20,000 nt of DNA from Syntrophales bacterium. Its GTDB lineage: Bacteria; Desulfobacterota; Syntrophia; Syntrophales; UBA4778. Below, one piece after another: positions 1 to 8,784 of the stretch; position 1 is the first letter of the stretch; every line of letters begins with the position of its first letter. The DNA is taken from positions 704,278 through 724,277 of the forward strand of contig CAXXQE010000006.1 of the NCBI GenBank assembly GCA_963665615.2. The letters run 5' to 3'. Made by a program: the position numbers and the translations under genes. Under the pieces are notes generated by a model. It was not told where the DNA came from. It did no database searches and saw only the letters and a list, made by a program, of their open reading frames with translations.

Positions 1-406
1 CAGAAGCGTGCCCCAGAAGCCCCTCCACCTCGGGATGATGGCGGTCGCCGACGATCACGATACTGTAGCCCAAGGCCGCATGCTTGCTGATGATGGACTG
101 AACGTGAACCACTTTGGGACAGGTCGCATCAATGACCCGAATTCCTTTTTCCGTAATCTTCTTCTTTTCCAGAGGGGAAATCCCGTGCGCTCTTATGATA
201 ATCATGCCTTCCTTGATCTCGTCGGCATTATCAATCGCATGGATCCCCTGCTTCTCAAGTTGGGCAACGGTTTGAGGGTTGTGGATCAGCGGACCGTAAG
301 TGTAGATCTTTTCGGCGCCCTTCTTCTTGGCAATTTTCAGCGCCATGTTGACGGCCCGGCTGACGCCCATACAGAATCCCGCAGTTTTGGCTAATATGAT
401 TTCCAT
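1..406 (-). CDS. ispH: 4-hydroxy-3-methylbut-2-enyl diphosphate reductase (IspH/LytB), 5' part; runs off the window edge
   Basis: Not in the ORF track. Manual translation from ATG at 406 gives MEIILAKTAGFCMGVSRAV...YTYGPLIHNPQ...IIRAHG...IDATCPKV...IVGDRHHPEV, which contains the IspH motifs GFCxGV, HN, RAHG, DATCP and HPEV. Confidence 0.95.
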   Translation of the reverse strand, partial: MEIILAKTAGFCMGVSRAVNMALKIAKKKGAEKIYTYGPLIHNPQTVAQLEKQGIHAIDNADEIKEGMIIIRAHGISPLEKKKITEKGIRVIDATCPKVVHVQSIISKHAALGYSIVIVGDRHHPEVEGLLGHAS

Positions 407-437
407 AAAAACACTTTAACGTTCCGAGGTTAAAAGT

Positions 438-1199
438 TTAAAGCTGATGGTCACCGACCTTCTTCGCGTAGATAAAAAACTCCTTGTTCCCCGCGGGCCC
501 CAAAAGAGGCGAGGCGCATGTCCCGGCAACCTCCAATCCCAGTTCTCGACAGAGTCCCTCGATATCCTCCACGACGCGGCGGTGAACCGTTTCGTCCTTG
601 ACGACGCCCTTTTTACCGACGTCGCCTCGTCCAGCTTCAAACTGGGGTTTGATGAGGGCGATGACGGTGCCGCCCGCCTTGAGGAATTTTAGGGCAGCCG
701 GCAGGACCAGCCTCAGCGAGATAAAGGAGGCATCGATGACAATCAGATCGATGGGATTAGAGATATGCGCCCCGTCGTAATACCGGATATTCGTCCGTTC
801 GATACTGACCACTCGGTCGTCGTTTCGCAACTTCCAGGCCAGCTGGCCGTAGCCGACATCGAGGGCGTAGACCCGGGCCGCGCCTTCCTGCAGCAGACAG
901 TCGGTAAACCCGCCTGTCGAAGCCCCGACATCCAACGCCGTCAGACCTTCGGCAGCCACACCGAAATGGCAGAGCGCCCCCTTGAGCTTGAGACCGCCGC
1001 GGCTGACGTAGGGGTTGTCCTCCCCCTGCAGGATAATCTCGGCGTCCGAGTCGACCAGGACACCGGCCTTGTCCATCCGGTTGCCCTTGAGAAAGACAAT
1101 CCCCGAGAGGATCAGCGCCTGCGCCCGTTCCCGTGTCGGCGCCAGCCCCCGGTCGGTCAGGAGTTTATCCAGCCTGACTTTTTGTTTCTTCTGCATCAT
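438..1199 (-). CDS. tlyA: TlyA family rRNA 2'-O-methyltransferase
   Basis: S4-like N-terminus RLDKLL...TRERAQALI, then YVSRGGLKL, LDVGASTGGFTD, DASFISL and LIKPQFE. Start placed at MMQKKQK (1199); the longer ORF extension overlaps dxs. Confidence 0.93.
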   Translation of the reverse strand: MMQKKQKVRLDKLLTDRGLAPTRERAQALILSGIVFLKGNRMDKAGVLVDSDAEIILQGEDNPYVSRGGLKLKGALCHFGVAAEGLTALDVGASTGGFTDCLLQEGAARVYALDVGYGQLAWKLRNDDRVVSIERTNIRYYDGAHISNPIDLIVIDASFISLRLVLPAALKFLKAGGTVIALIKPQFEAGRGDVGKKGVVKDETVHRRVVEDIEGLCRELGLEVAGTCASPLLGPAGNKEFFIYAKKVGDHQL

Positions 1200-3129
1200 T
1201 TTGTTCGATAGGTCTTTCGGAAGTCCCGGAGGCGATGAGGCCGCGTACAGCCTCGGCAATGCCCGATGCATCGATTCCGTAACGGCTTCGCAGGGCCTGC
1301 TGGGTTGCATGCGGAACGAATTCATCGCCAATGCCGAGACGCTTGATCTGAAGGGGTCTCAGCGCGCGGGCTTCGAATAATTCAAGGACGGCGCTGCCGA
1401 AGCCGCCCATGAGGACATTCTCCTCAACGGTGACGATCCGCTTGGCCGAGCGGGCCACGGTGCACAGAAGCGCCTCGTCAAGGGGCTTGACGAAACGGCA
1501 GTTGACGACCGTGGTCTCGATCCCCTCCCGATGGAGTGTCTCCGCCGCCTCGATCGCGGGGTAAACGGTCGATCCGATCGCGAAGATGGCCGTCTCACCG
1601 CCCTCGCGTAAAACCTCAGCCTGTCCCACGGGGATGGTTTCGATCGTCCCGTCGATCGCCACGCCGACACCCTTGCCCCGCGGATAGCGGAGTGCGGCAG
1701 GACGGCCGCAGGTCAAGGCGGTCTTCAACATCGCCCGGAGCTCACGTTCATCCTTTGGCGCCATGACCACGATGTTGGGGACGTGCCGCAGATAGGAGAA
1801 ATCAAAGAGGCCATGATGGGTGGGGCCGTCGTCCCCGACGAAGCCGCCCCGGTCCAGCGCAAAGACAACGGGTAGGTTTTGCAGGCAGACATCATGAAGG
1901 ATCTGGTCGTAGCCGCGTTGCAGAAAGGTCGAGTAAATCGCCACCACGGGCAGCAGTCCTTCTATCGCCAGCCCCGCGGCAAAAGTCACTCCGTGCTGTT
2001 CTGCAATACCGACATCGTAGAAGCGGCCCGGCAATTTCTTTGAGAAGGCCTCCAGTCCGGTCCCCTGGCACATGGCGGCGGTGACCGCAACGATGCGGAG
2101 GTCCTGACCCGCCAGCTCCAGAAGCGTCTTGCCGAAGACGTCCGTGTAGCTGGAAATGCCGCTGCCATCGCTGTGGGACACGCCTGTTTGCCGATCGAAG
2201 GGCCCGATACCGTGGAACCTCGAGGGCTCCTTTTCGGCATAAGAATACCCCTTGCCCTTCTTGGTCACCACATGAACGAGCAGCGGTCCTTTCAGGTCCT
2301 TGATGTTTCGGAAGTTCTTGATCAGATGATCGAGGTGATGCCCGTCCAACGGACCGATATAGTCAAAGCCGAGCTCTTCGAAGAGCACCCCGGGACCGAT
2401 CAGTCCTTTGAGGGCTTCTTCAGCATGCTGCGTAAAATTGACGACTTGCTCGCCGATACCCGGAATGGTCTTCAGAAAGGTCTTGACCTCGTGTCTGAGA
2501 CGCATCACACGCTGCTCAGTCATAATGCGGCTCAGATACGACGACAGCGCCCCCACATTGGGCGAGATGGACATCTCATTGTCGTTGAGAACGATAATGA
2601 GATCCTTTTTACGGTCTCCCGCCCAGTTCAGGCCCTCAAAGGCCATCCCGGCCGTCATCGATCCGTCCCCGATGACGGAAATGACCTTAAACGCCTCTCC
2701 TTTCAGGCAGCGTGCCTCGGCAATCCCGGCTGCCGCCGAAACGGAAGTGCTGCTATGCCCGACGGTCAGCACATCGTAACAACTCTCCTCCCTTTTCGGA
2801 AATCCACAGAGCCCGCCCTCCTGGCGCAGCGTCCCGAAGCGATCGCGTCGCCCGGTCAGGATCTTATGGGCATAGGCCTGATGACCGACGTCCCAAATGA
2901 TTCGGTCCTTCGGGGCATCGAAGACATAATGAAGCGCCAGCGCCAACTCCACGGCGCCCAACGAAGAGGCGAGATGGCCACCCGTAACGGAAACGGTGTC
3001 GATCATCAGTTCCCGGATTTCCCCGGCCAGCTGGCCCAGGGCGTCAACGCTGAGATGCTTGATATCCGCGGGCGATTCGATGCCGGGCAAAAGTCGTCTT
3101 GAAGTTTTATCTATCATGGCGTCCCACAA
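1165..3129 (-). CDS. dxs: 1-deoxy-D-xylulose-5-phosphate synthase
   Basis: GGHLASSLG, WDVGHQAY, GHSSTS, the TPP motif GDGSMTAG...NDN, DVGIAEQH and DGPTHHG. The start may instead be ATG 3117. Confidence 0.97.
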   Translation of the reverse strand: MWDAMIDKTSRRLLPGIESPADIKHLSVDALGQLAGEIRELMIDTVSVTGGHLASSLGAVELALALHYVFDAPKDRIIWDVGHQAYAHKILTGRRDRFGTLRQEGGLCGFPKREESCYDVLTVGHSSTSVSAAAGIAEARCLKGEAFKVISVIGDGSMTAGMAFEGLNWAGDRKKDLIIVLNDNEMSISPNVGALSSYLSRIMTEQRVMRLRHEVKTFLKTIPGIGEQVVNFTQHAEEALKGLIGPGVLFEELGFDYIGPLDGHHLDHLIKNFRNIKDLKGPLLVHVVTKKGKGYSYAEKEPSRFHGIGPFDRQTGVSHSDGSGISSYTDVFGKTLLELAGQDLRIVAVTAAMCQGTGLEAFSKKLPGRFYDVGIAEQHGVTFAAGLAIEGLLPVVAIYSTFLQRGYDQILHDVCLQNLPVVFALDRGGFVGDDGPTHHGLFDFSYLRHVPNIVVMAPKDERELRAMLKTALTCGRPAALRYPRGKGVGVAIDGTIETIPVGQAEVLREGGETAIFAIGSTVYPAIEAAETLHREGIETTVVNCRFVKPLDEALLCTVARSAKRIVTVEENVLMGGFGSAVLELFEARALRPLQIKRLGIGDEFVPHATQQALRSRYGIDASGIAEAVRGLIASGTSERPIEQNDAEETKSQAG

Positions 3130-3214
3130 TCCATCTCTGTCAAAGACGGCTTCATTTTGACGGGTTCAAGGGCAAAACATATTAAGTCCATTTTTCTTTT
3201 TCCTTGAACCCTTC

Positions 3215-4123
3215 TTATAGCTGCCGCTCGATAACATACAACGCGATCTTTCGCAACGGGTCGGCACGTTGGTCCAGAGGCGCAAGCGCGGCAATCGCGT
3301 CTTTGACGAGCGTAATCCCCTGTTGTTTGGCCTTGTCTATACCCATCGTTGACGGATAAGTGACCTTGTGCATGTTTTCATCGGCGCCGGTCGTCTTGCC
3401 CATGAGATCCTTGTCACCGACGATGTCGAGGATGTCATCCGTAATCTGGAAGGCCAGCCCGATATTCTTCCCGTACTCATTGAGACAGTCTCGGCACAGC
3501 GTATCCGCCCCGCCCAAAATAGCCCCGGCACGCACCGAAGCCAGGATCATGGCCCCCGTCTTGTGGGTATGGATATAGTAAAGGGTATCGTGATCGACGG
3601 TCTTTCCCTGAGACTGGAGATCGACCACCTGACCGCCGATCATTCCGAAGAATCCTGCAGCCTTGGCGATCTCGTGGATAACCTCCAGGCGCGCCTCCGC
3701 CTTGAAACGCTCCCCGCGCTCCTTTTTTGTCATGAGGTAAAAGGCCTCCGTCAAGAGCGCATCGCCCGCCAGGATCGCCATGCCTTCTCCAAACACCTTG
3801 TGGCTCGTCGGTCGTCCTCGGCGGAAATCGTCATTGTCCATCGCCGGCAGATCATCGTGGATCAGAGAGTAGGTGTGGACGAGTTCCAGGGCACAGGCAA
3901 AAGGCAGCACCTCTTCCGCATTTCCTCCCACCGCTTCAGCGGCGGCTATGCACAGGATCGGGCGGATGCGCTTGCCGCCGGCCAGCGTACTGTAACGGAC
4001 GGCCTGGAAAATGACCTCGGGAAAGCTCTGTTCCCTGGGCAGATACCGCTCCAGGGCCTCATCAACCATCTTCTTACGACTCTGCAAATATTCTTCGAGC
4101 CCCGTCCGACTCTTAACCGTCAT
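3215..4123 (-). CDS. ispA: Geranyltranstransferase / farnesyl diphosphate synthase
   Basis: GGKRIRP, first Asp-rich motif SLIHDDLPAMDNDDFRRG, GQVVD, HKTG and FQITDDILD; sits in the usual xseB-ispA-dxs order. Confidence 0.95.
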   Translation of the reverse strand: MTVKSRTGLEEYLQSRKKMVDEALERYLPREQSFPEVIFQAVRYSTLAGGKRIRPILCIAAAEAVGGNAEEVLPFACALELVHTYSLIHDDLPAMDNDDFRRGRPTSHKVFGEGMAILAGDALLTEAFYLMTKKERGERFKAEARLEVIHEIAKAAGFFGMIGGQVVDLQSQGKTVDHDTLYYIHTHKTGAMILASVRAGAILGGADTLCRDCLNEYGKNIGLAFQITDDILDIVGDKDLMGKTTGADENMHKVTYPSTMGIDKAKQQGITLVKDAIAALAPLDQRADPLRKIALYVIERQL

Positions 4124-4349
4124 CGGATTCGCCTCCTTCGAACGGCTTTGCCGCCCATCCTTTTTCCTCTTTCAGCAGGATCTCGACACGCCGCTCAGCC
4201 TCGTCGAGTTTACGGCTGCACAAGTTGGACAGACGAACGCCCTCTTCAAAGGCCTTCAGCGACTCCTCTAACGTCAGATCACCGCCTTCCATTTTCCGGA
4301 CAATCTCTTCCAGCTTACCCAGAGCCTCTTCAAATTTTTTTTCTACCAT
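4113..4349 (-). CDS. xseB: Exodeoxyribonuclease VII small subunit
   Basis: FEEALGKLEEIVRKMEGGDLTLEESLKAFEEG, 78 aa, downstream of xseA. Confidence 0.96.
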   Translation of the reverse strand: MVEKKFEEALGKLEEIVRKMEGGDLTLEESLKAFEEGVRLSNLCSRKLDEAERRVEILLKEEKGWAAKPFEGGESDDG

Positions 4350-4357
4350 ATGCGTTC

Positions 4358-5686
4358 CTACCTCTGAAGAATATCTTTTACCTCGGCCCTCACAGAACCC
4401 GCCGCCAATCGGATATCCAGCATCCTGCCGACACGAAGCGACTCCGCATCTCTCACAACGTGCCCCTCTGGATATGTCTGTACAATGCTGTAGCCACGCC
4501 CCAGCACCTTCAAGGGGCTCAGGTTGTCCAGCAAAGCAGAGGCTGCTGCCAATCTGTTTTTTGCCTCCGCCACCCGCATACGAAAGAAGTGAGTAAAGTT
4601 CTCCTCTGCCAGGATGAGGGCGGCCCGGCGGTTCTTAATACGCTCTCCCGGATGAACATACCGTAGAGACGCTCGACGGGCCTGCAGTCCATCTCTCAAA
4701 AGTTTTATTCTTTTGAAGACTGCCGTCCGGAGGGACTCGCCCATCTCATCAAGGTAAATTCTCAGATCTAAAATCTGCCTGCCGGGATGTTTCAACCGCT
4801 GCCGCAGTGATTCGACTTCGCCGTCAGACGCCGTGATCATCCGCCGACAACCCTGCTCCAACCGAAGCCTCATCATTTGCACCGATTTCAGCAGTTCCCC
4901 GCGAAGGGGCGCCACCAGCTCTGCGGCCGCCGAAGGAGTCGGCGCCCTCAAATCGGCCACAAAATCTGCTATCGTAAAATCAACCTCATGGCCTACCGCC
5001 GAAACGATCGGCACCTGTGATCTGAAAATGGCCCGCGCAACCCTTTCGTCATTGAAGGGGGACAGATCCTCGAGAGAGCCCCCGCCCCGGGCCAGAATAG
5101 CCACATCCACATCGGTCTGTTCACTAAGCCGGTCCAGAGCTGCCACGATCTCGGCCGCCGACTCCTCCCCCTGAACCCGGACCGGAAAAATCAGAATATC
5201 GATCGAGGGAAAGCGTCTGGCCGTGACTGTCAGGATGTCACGAATCACTGCGCCGGATGGAGAGGTAATCACACCGATACGTCTGGGAAGAAAGGGAATG
5301 GGTTTTTTGTGAACCGAGTCAAATAGTCCTTCAGCTTGAAGACGCGCCTTGAGCTGCTCGAAAGCGATCTGAAGCGCTCCGATTCCGCGCGGCTCAACCG
5401 TATCAATGACGAGCTGATACTCCCCTCGCTGCTCATAGACATTGACCGTCGCCCGGCAGACGATCTGCATGCCGTCCTCCAGAGCAAAGGTCATATTCCG
5501 CAACGCCTGTCGGAATACGACGGCCCGGATCTGGCTTTTTTCGTCCTTCAGGGTAAAATAAACATGCCCTGACGCGGGGCGGCGCAGATTGGATATCTCT
5601 CCTTCAATCCAGACAAGGCCGAAGTGCGATTCAAGTAAGAGCTGAATACGTCTGGTCAGTTCGCTGACCGTCAAAAGATGTTTCAT
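4358..5686 (-). CDS. xseA: Exodeoxyribonuclease VII large subunit
   Basis: GEISN...SGHVYFTLKD, RGGGSLEDL, SAVGHEVDFTIADFVADLRAPTPSAAAE and LSPLKVLGRGY. Confidence 0.97.
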   Translation of the reverse strand: MKHLLTVSELTRRIQLLLESHFGLVWIEGEISNLRRPASGHVYFTLKDEKSQIRAVVFRQALRNMTFALEDGMQIVCRATVNVYEQRGEYQLVIDTVEPRGIGALQIAFEQLKARLQAEGLFDSVHKKPIPFLPRRIGVITSPSGAVIRDILTVTARRFPSIDILIFPVRVQGEESAAEIVAALDRLSEQTDVDVAILARGGGSLEDLSPFNDERVARAIFRSQVPIVSAVGHEVDFTIADFVADLRAPTPSAAAELVAPLRGELLKSVQMMRLRLEQGCRRMITASDGEVESLRQRLKHPGRQILDLRIYLDEMGESLRTAVFKRIKLLRDGLQARRASLRYVHPGERIKNRRAALILAEENFTHFFRMRVAEAKNRLAAASALLDNLSPLKVLGRGYSIVQTYPEGHVVRDAESLRVGRMLDIRLAAGSVRAEVKDILQR

Positions 5687-5988
5687 GCCGCCAAAAAATA
5701 TTATGAATCGAAGGGCTATGCAAGCGTTTTATTTCTTTTCGATTCCATTGACTTTTTGAGGATCATGGTTTAGAAATCGGGAAGCGGTGGATGGCCGATT
5801 GATGCTATGCAAAAGTTTTGCGATGGAGACCCAGGAGGTCTCCGCTCTCTGGCGTAAACGTTTTGATAGACTCCGCTCATGATCCCCGCAGCAGGTCGCG
5901 AGGATTGCTCTCGCAGCCAGTCCCCAATGGCAATTTTCTGGCCTTGAATGCAAAATCCCATAAATGTTGAAGAGGACTTGTCGTTACA

Positions 5989-7011
5989 ATGAGAAAAAAG
6001 AAAGATTTTCTAAAAAGAGTCGTAGAACACGTTGATATCGCGAAGATCAATTCGACGGATATCATCCAGGCCATGCGGGGCATGTCCTTCACCGCCCGCG
6101 ATCTCGCCGTTGGCGCCGAGATCTACAATCGGATGCTGGCCGATAAAAACTGCACGATCATTCTGACCATTGCGGGAAGCACCAGCGCGGCCGGCTGCAT
6201 GCAGGTCTATGCGGATCTGGTGAAATACAATATGGTCGACGCTATCGTCGCCACCGGCGCCACCATTGTGGACATGGACTTCTTTGAGGCCCTCGGATTC
6301 AAGCATTACCAGGGCAGCCCGCATGTCAACGACCATGAGCTGCGCGACCTGTACATCGATCGCATTTACGATACCTTCATCGACGAGGAGCAGCTCCAGA
6401 ACTGTGACGCAACCGTCAAGATTGTCGCAGACGGACTTGAACCCCGACCATACTCCTCACGCGAGTTCATCCGGGAGATGGGGAGATATCTCACGAAAAA
6501 GTCAAAAAAGAAGGAGTCTCTCGTTCAACTGGCTTACGAACACGACGTGCCTATCTTCTGCCCTGCCTTCTCCGACTCCAGCGCGGGCTTCGGCCTCGTG
6601 ATGCACCAGCATGAAAACCCCAAGAACCATGTTTCGATCGACAGCGTTAAAGACTTCCGCGAACTGACCCAGATCAAGATGAAAGCCAAGACGAGCGGCC
6701 TGTTGATGATCGGCGGCGGCGTGCCTAAGAACTTCGCTCAGGATACCGTGATCTGCGCGGAGCTTCTCGGCAAGAACGTCCCCATGCACAAGTACGCCAT
6801 CCAGATCACCGTGGCTGATGTCCGGGATGGCGCCTGTTCCAGTTCCACGCTGAAAGAGGCCTCCTCCTGGGGCAAGGTAGATACGACTTACGAACAGATG
6901 ATCTACGCCGAGGCGACGTCTGTCCTGCCGCTGCTGGCGAGCTACGCCTACCATGCCGGCAGCTGGAAAACCCGCGCCAAGCGCCAGATGGCCAAGATCT
7001 TCAAAGATTAG
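5989..7011 (+). CDS. Deoxyhypusine synthase-like protein (possible homospermidine synthase)
   Basis: IDRIYD, PIFCPAFSDSSAG, IGGGVPKNF and DGACSSSTLKEASSWGKV, which keeps the active-site Lys of the DHS EAxSWGK motif. Confidence 0.9.
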   Translation: MRKKKDFLKRVVEHVDIAKINSTDIIQAMRGMSFTARDLAVGAEIYNRMLADKNCTIILTIAGSTSAAGCMQVYADLVKYNMVDAIVATGATIVDMDFFEALGFKHYQGSPHVNDHELRDLYIDRIYDTFIDEEQLQNCDATVKIVADGLEPRPYSSREFIREMGRYLTKKSKKKESLVQLAYEHDVPIFCPAFSDSSAGFGLVMHQHENPKNHVSIDSVKDFRELTQIKMKAKTSGLLMIGGGVPKNFAQDTVICAELLGKNVPMHKYAIQITVADVRDGACSSSTLKEASSWGKVDTTYEQMIYAEATSVLPLLASYAYHAGSWKTRAKRQMAKIFKD

Positions 7012-7034
7012 CACGAATCAAGAAACACACATGA

Positions 7035-7073
7035 CCGTGGTTGCGTCCCGTCCCTTACGGGGCGCAATCACGG
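7035..7073. terminator. 17-bp stem-loop downstream of the DHS-like gene
   Basis: CCGTGGTTGCGTCCCGT-ccctt-ACGGGGCGCAATCACGG, with two G-U pairs on the + transcript. It lies between convergent units but has no clear U tail. Confidence 0.5.
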
Positions 7074-7266
7074 CTGGAAGCAACAATAGGCGAGAGAAAA
7101 GATAAGATCGTTTTATTCAGCGCCCACCGAAGACAGGCATCCCCTTCCGTCAACCGAACGCATTAGCCATCGGCCTTGTTCTCCTCAGCGACAAACACCC
7201 TTTCAATGCCCGACGGTTACGACCCATACTGTTATTCTCATTTCCTCTTTTGTTTTCATATATTCA

Positions 7267-7321
7267 ACGCAACAAGGGAATCAGTCGGGCATAGCGATCG
7301 GGTGGATTGCTTTTGTTAGAA
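7267..7321 (-). mobile_element. Integron attC site 2 (degenerate)
   Basis: Minus strand reads TTCTAAC-aaaagc-AATCCACCCGATCGCTATGCCCGACTGATT-ccctt-GTTGCGT. R'' overlaps the Abi stop codon. It is homologous to attC1 but has stem mismatches. Confidence 0.8.
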
Positions 7322-8128
7322 ATTATTTTTCTTTTTACGCCATGATTCAAGCACAAACAAAACAACAGTATGGGCCGAATGAATTGCCAGACGCGCATGA
7401 CGCGGTTCTAGCTTGTAAATCTTTTTACCTGCCCCATGTGCCGAACTGGCGTGGGTCCTTAGCGCACCAATGCCCTCAGTTATTGAAATGAGTCCTGATA
7501 AAATTTGTTGCAGATCTTGGTCTTCAACTATACTTGGATCAAAGCCGAGACGTTTGCGTACAACCGTCCATACGTGTTTCAAGTCTTGCTTAGCTGGTGC
7601 TTCTAACCCTTCTTCAGATATATATATTTTACAAACAGATTCGAGAATGTTGCTTGCCGCTGAAATAGCCTCACGCTGATTTACTTCAACATTGGATAGC
7701 GCGCGGTTAAATTCCATGTCTATAGAAACTAAATCACGATCCTTTATAAACTCCTCAAGAGTCCTAGAGGGTGCTCCAAGTGCCCCAACTATTTTCCCCC
7801 CATTTATATATTGAAGTTCACACCGTGCTAATACGTTTGCAATTTGCCCACGTTCTTTTAAGCTTTCTGCATCCCATGTATTTTGAGGGTCGAGCGGTGA
7901 CTCCATATAATTCTCAATAATGCGTCCAAGCACATCAAGAGGATTAACATTCTCATCCTTATTAGTAATGCGTAACCAATCTAGTGCCTTAGCCGCTTTG
8001 CTTCCAGGAGGTGGATCACCAGGTGCACCTGCATATACAAAGAGGCTATCTAGCGTTGCATGAGTTTCACGCCGTGACACGATGTCAGCACATACAGATA
8101 AAACGGGAGCAGGAATTATAACACGCAT
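7316..8128 (-). CDS. Abortive-infection family protein (Abi_C / HEPN-like C-terminus), integron cassette gene
   Basis: The C-terminal pattern AISAASNILESVCK...GIGALRTHASSAHGAG...PRHARLAIHSAHTVVLFVLE resembles Abi_C and includes an Rx6H motif. AT-rich and flanked by attC sites. Confidence 0.82.
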   Translation of the reverse strand: MRVIIPAPVLSVCADIVSRRETHATLDSLFVYAGAPGDPPPGSKAAKALDWLRITNKDENVNPLDVLGRIIENYMESPLDPQNTWDAESLKERGQIANVLARCELQYINGGKIVGALGAPSRTLEEFIKDRDLVSIDMEFNRALSNVEVNQREAISAASNILESVCKIYISEEGLEAPAKQDLKHVWTVVRKRLGFDPSIVEDQDLQQILSGLISITEGIGALRTHASSAHGAGKKIYKLEPRHARLAIHSAHTVVLFVLESWRKKKNNF

Positions 8129-8141
8129 AATATTTTATACT

Positions 8142-8197
8142 TTCTAACGAAAAAATCAGCCGGAGCGTTAGCGATCGGCTGGATTGACGGGTTATGA
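8142..8197 (-). mobile_element. Integron attC site 1
   Basis: Minus strand reads TCATAAC-ccgtc-AATCCAGCCG-ATCGCTAACGCTC-CGGCTGATT-ttttc-GTTAGAA. It has R''/L''/L'/R' boxes with 5-nt spacers and one unpaired base in L''. R'' overlaps the upstream gene's stop codon. Confidence 0.93.
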
Positions 8198-8590
8198 GGA
8201 CTTTTTCGTTCTATCATTTGTTCCGATCCATTTTGCGTTATTAAGATCGACCAGCGTGTTCCCACATTTGCAAGTACTTTTCCCATCCTGCTCAATGCTT
8301 TCGTCGCAGTTTAGACAGACGAGCGTTTTTGATCGGGATTTGCGTTCGGTTACCTTGGTCTCACGGTAACATATGAGAAATACTATAAGAGAAATTCCCA
8401 AGATCCAAGGGAGTTGAAGAACTAAACCCGCCCAAGAGATGGGATCAATGGTACCTCGCCATTTATTGTAGCCAATTTTTACAGTCAGCGCTACTACCAC
8501 AAAAACGAAGGCCGACATGAATAGCCCGAAACCTAAGGCAGAGCGTCTTATATCCCTTTCGTTTTCTTCCGGCGATTTAAGAACCCACAT
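8192..8590 (-). CDS. Hypothetical membrane protein (2 TM helices plus C-terminal CxxC-x11-CxC cluster), integron cassette gene
   Basis: 132-aa ORF that fills the cassette, with two hydrophobic segments and CLNC...CKC. Confidence 0.8.
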   Translation of the reverse strand: MWVLKSPEENERDIRRSALGFGLFMSAFVFVVVALTVKIGYNKWRGTIDPISWAGLVLQLPWILGISLIVFLICYRETKVTERKSRSKTLVCLNCDESIEQDGKSTCKCGNTLVDLNNAKWIGTNDRTKKSS

Positions 8591-8602
8591 TATTCTTTTC
8601 TC

Positions 8603-8664
8603 TCATAACAGTGTTTATATAGATCTGTATAAAAACCCTAACACCGCAATGATTGCGGCATAAC
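8603..8664 (-). mobile_element. Candidate integron attI site
   Basis: Minus strand ...TATATAAACACT-G/TTATGA. The core GTTATGA (8603-8609) is the exact complement of cassette 1's R'' TCATAAC. Two upstream direct GGTGTTA boxes have their GTT cores at 8636-8642 and 8658-8664. Confidence 0.72.
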
Positions 8665-8744
8665 ACCCCTTGAACTCATTTTACATTTTAAGCTTAACAA
8701 CCTTTTTTCTGAAGTTAATCGTCTTATTGTCTACACCTTTAGTC

Positions 8745-8774
8745 GGGATGTTATACAGATCCATATAACATCCC
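8745..8774. repeat. Inverted repeat just after the intI stop, related to a second palindrome at 8614-8633
   Basis: GGGATGTTATA-cagatcca-TATAACATCCC has perfect 11-bp arms. Its core TTATACAGATCCATATAA matches the reverse complement of 8615-8632 at 17 of 18 positions. Confidence 0.8.
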
Positions 8775-8784
8775 CACCGAATCG

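Noticed and set aside
8..394. 128-aa + strand ORF, and similar long antisense ORFs (2173-3102, 3368-4666, 12239-12790, 14096-14878)
   Set aside because: Antisense shadows of well-supported genes (ispH, dxs, ispA/xseB/xseA, HD-GYP, foldase).
5700..5988. Small hairpins upstream of the DHS-like gene (e.g. GGAGACC/GGTCTCC) as a possible riboswitch
   Set aside because: Short stems, with no recognisable aptamer consensus or expression platform.
7201..7266. Possible third cassette after attC2 (short ORF MKTKEEMRITVWVVTVGH)
   Set aside because: Only 18 codons, and no further attC is recognisable before the DHS-like gene.
8768..8775. ACATCCCC match to the end of the tRNA-Ala gene as a possible island att repeat
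   Set aside because: Only 8 bp, matches the tRNA 5' end rather than the 3' end, and is part of a palindrome.
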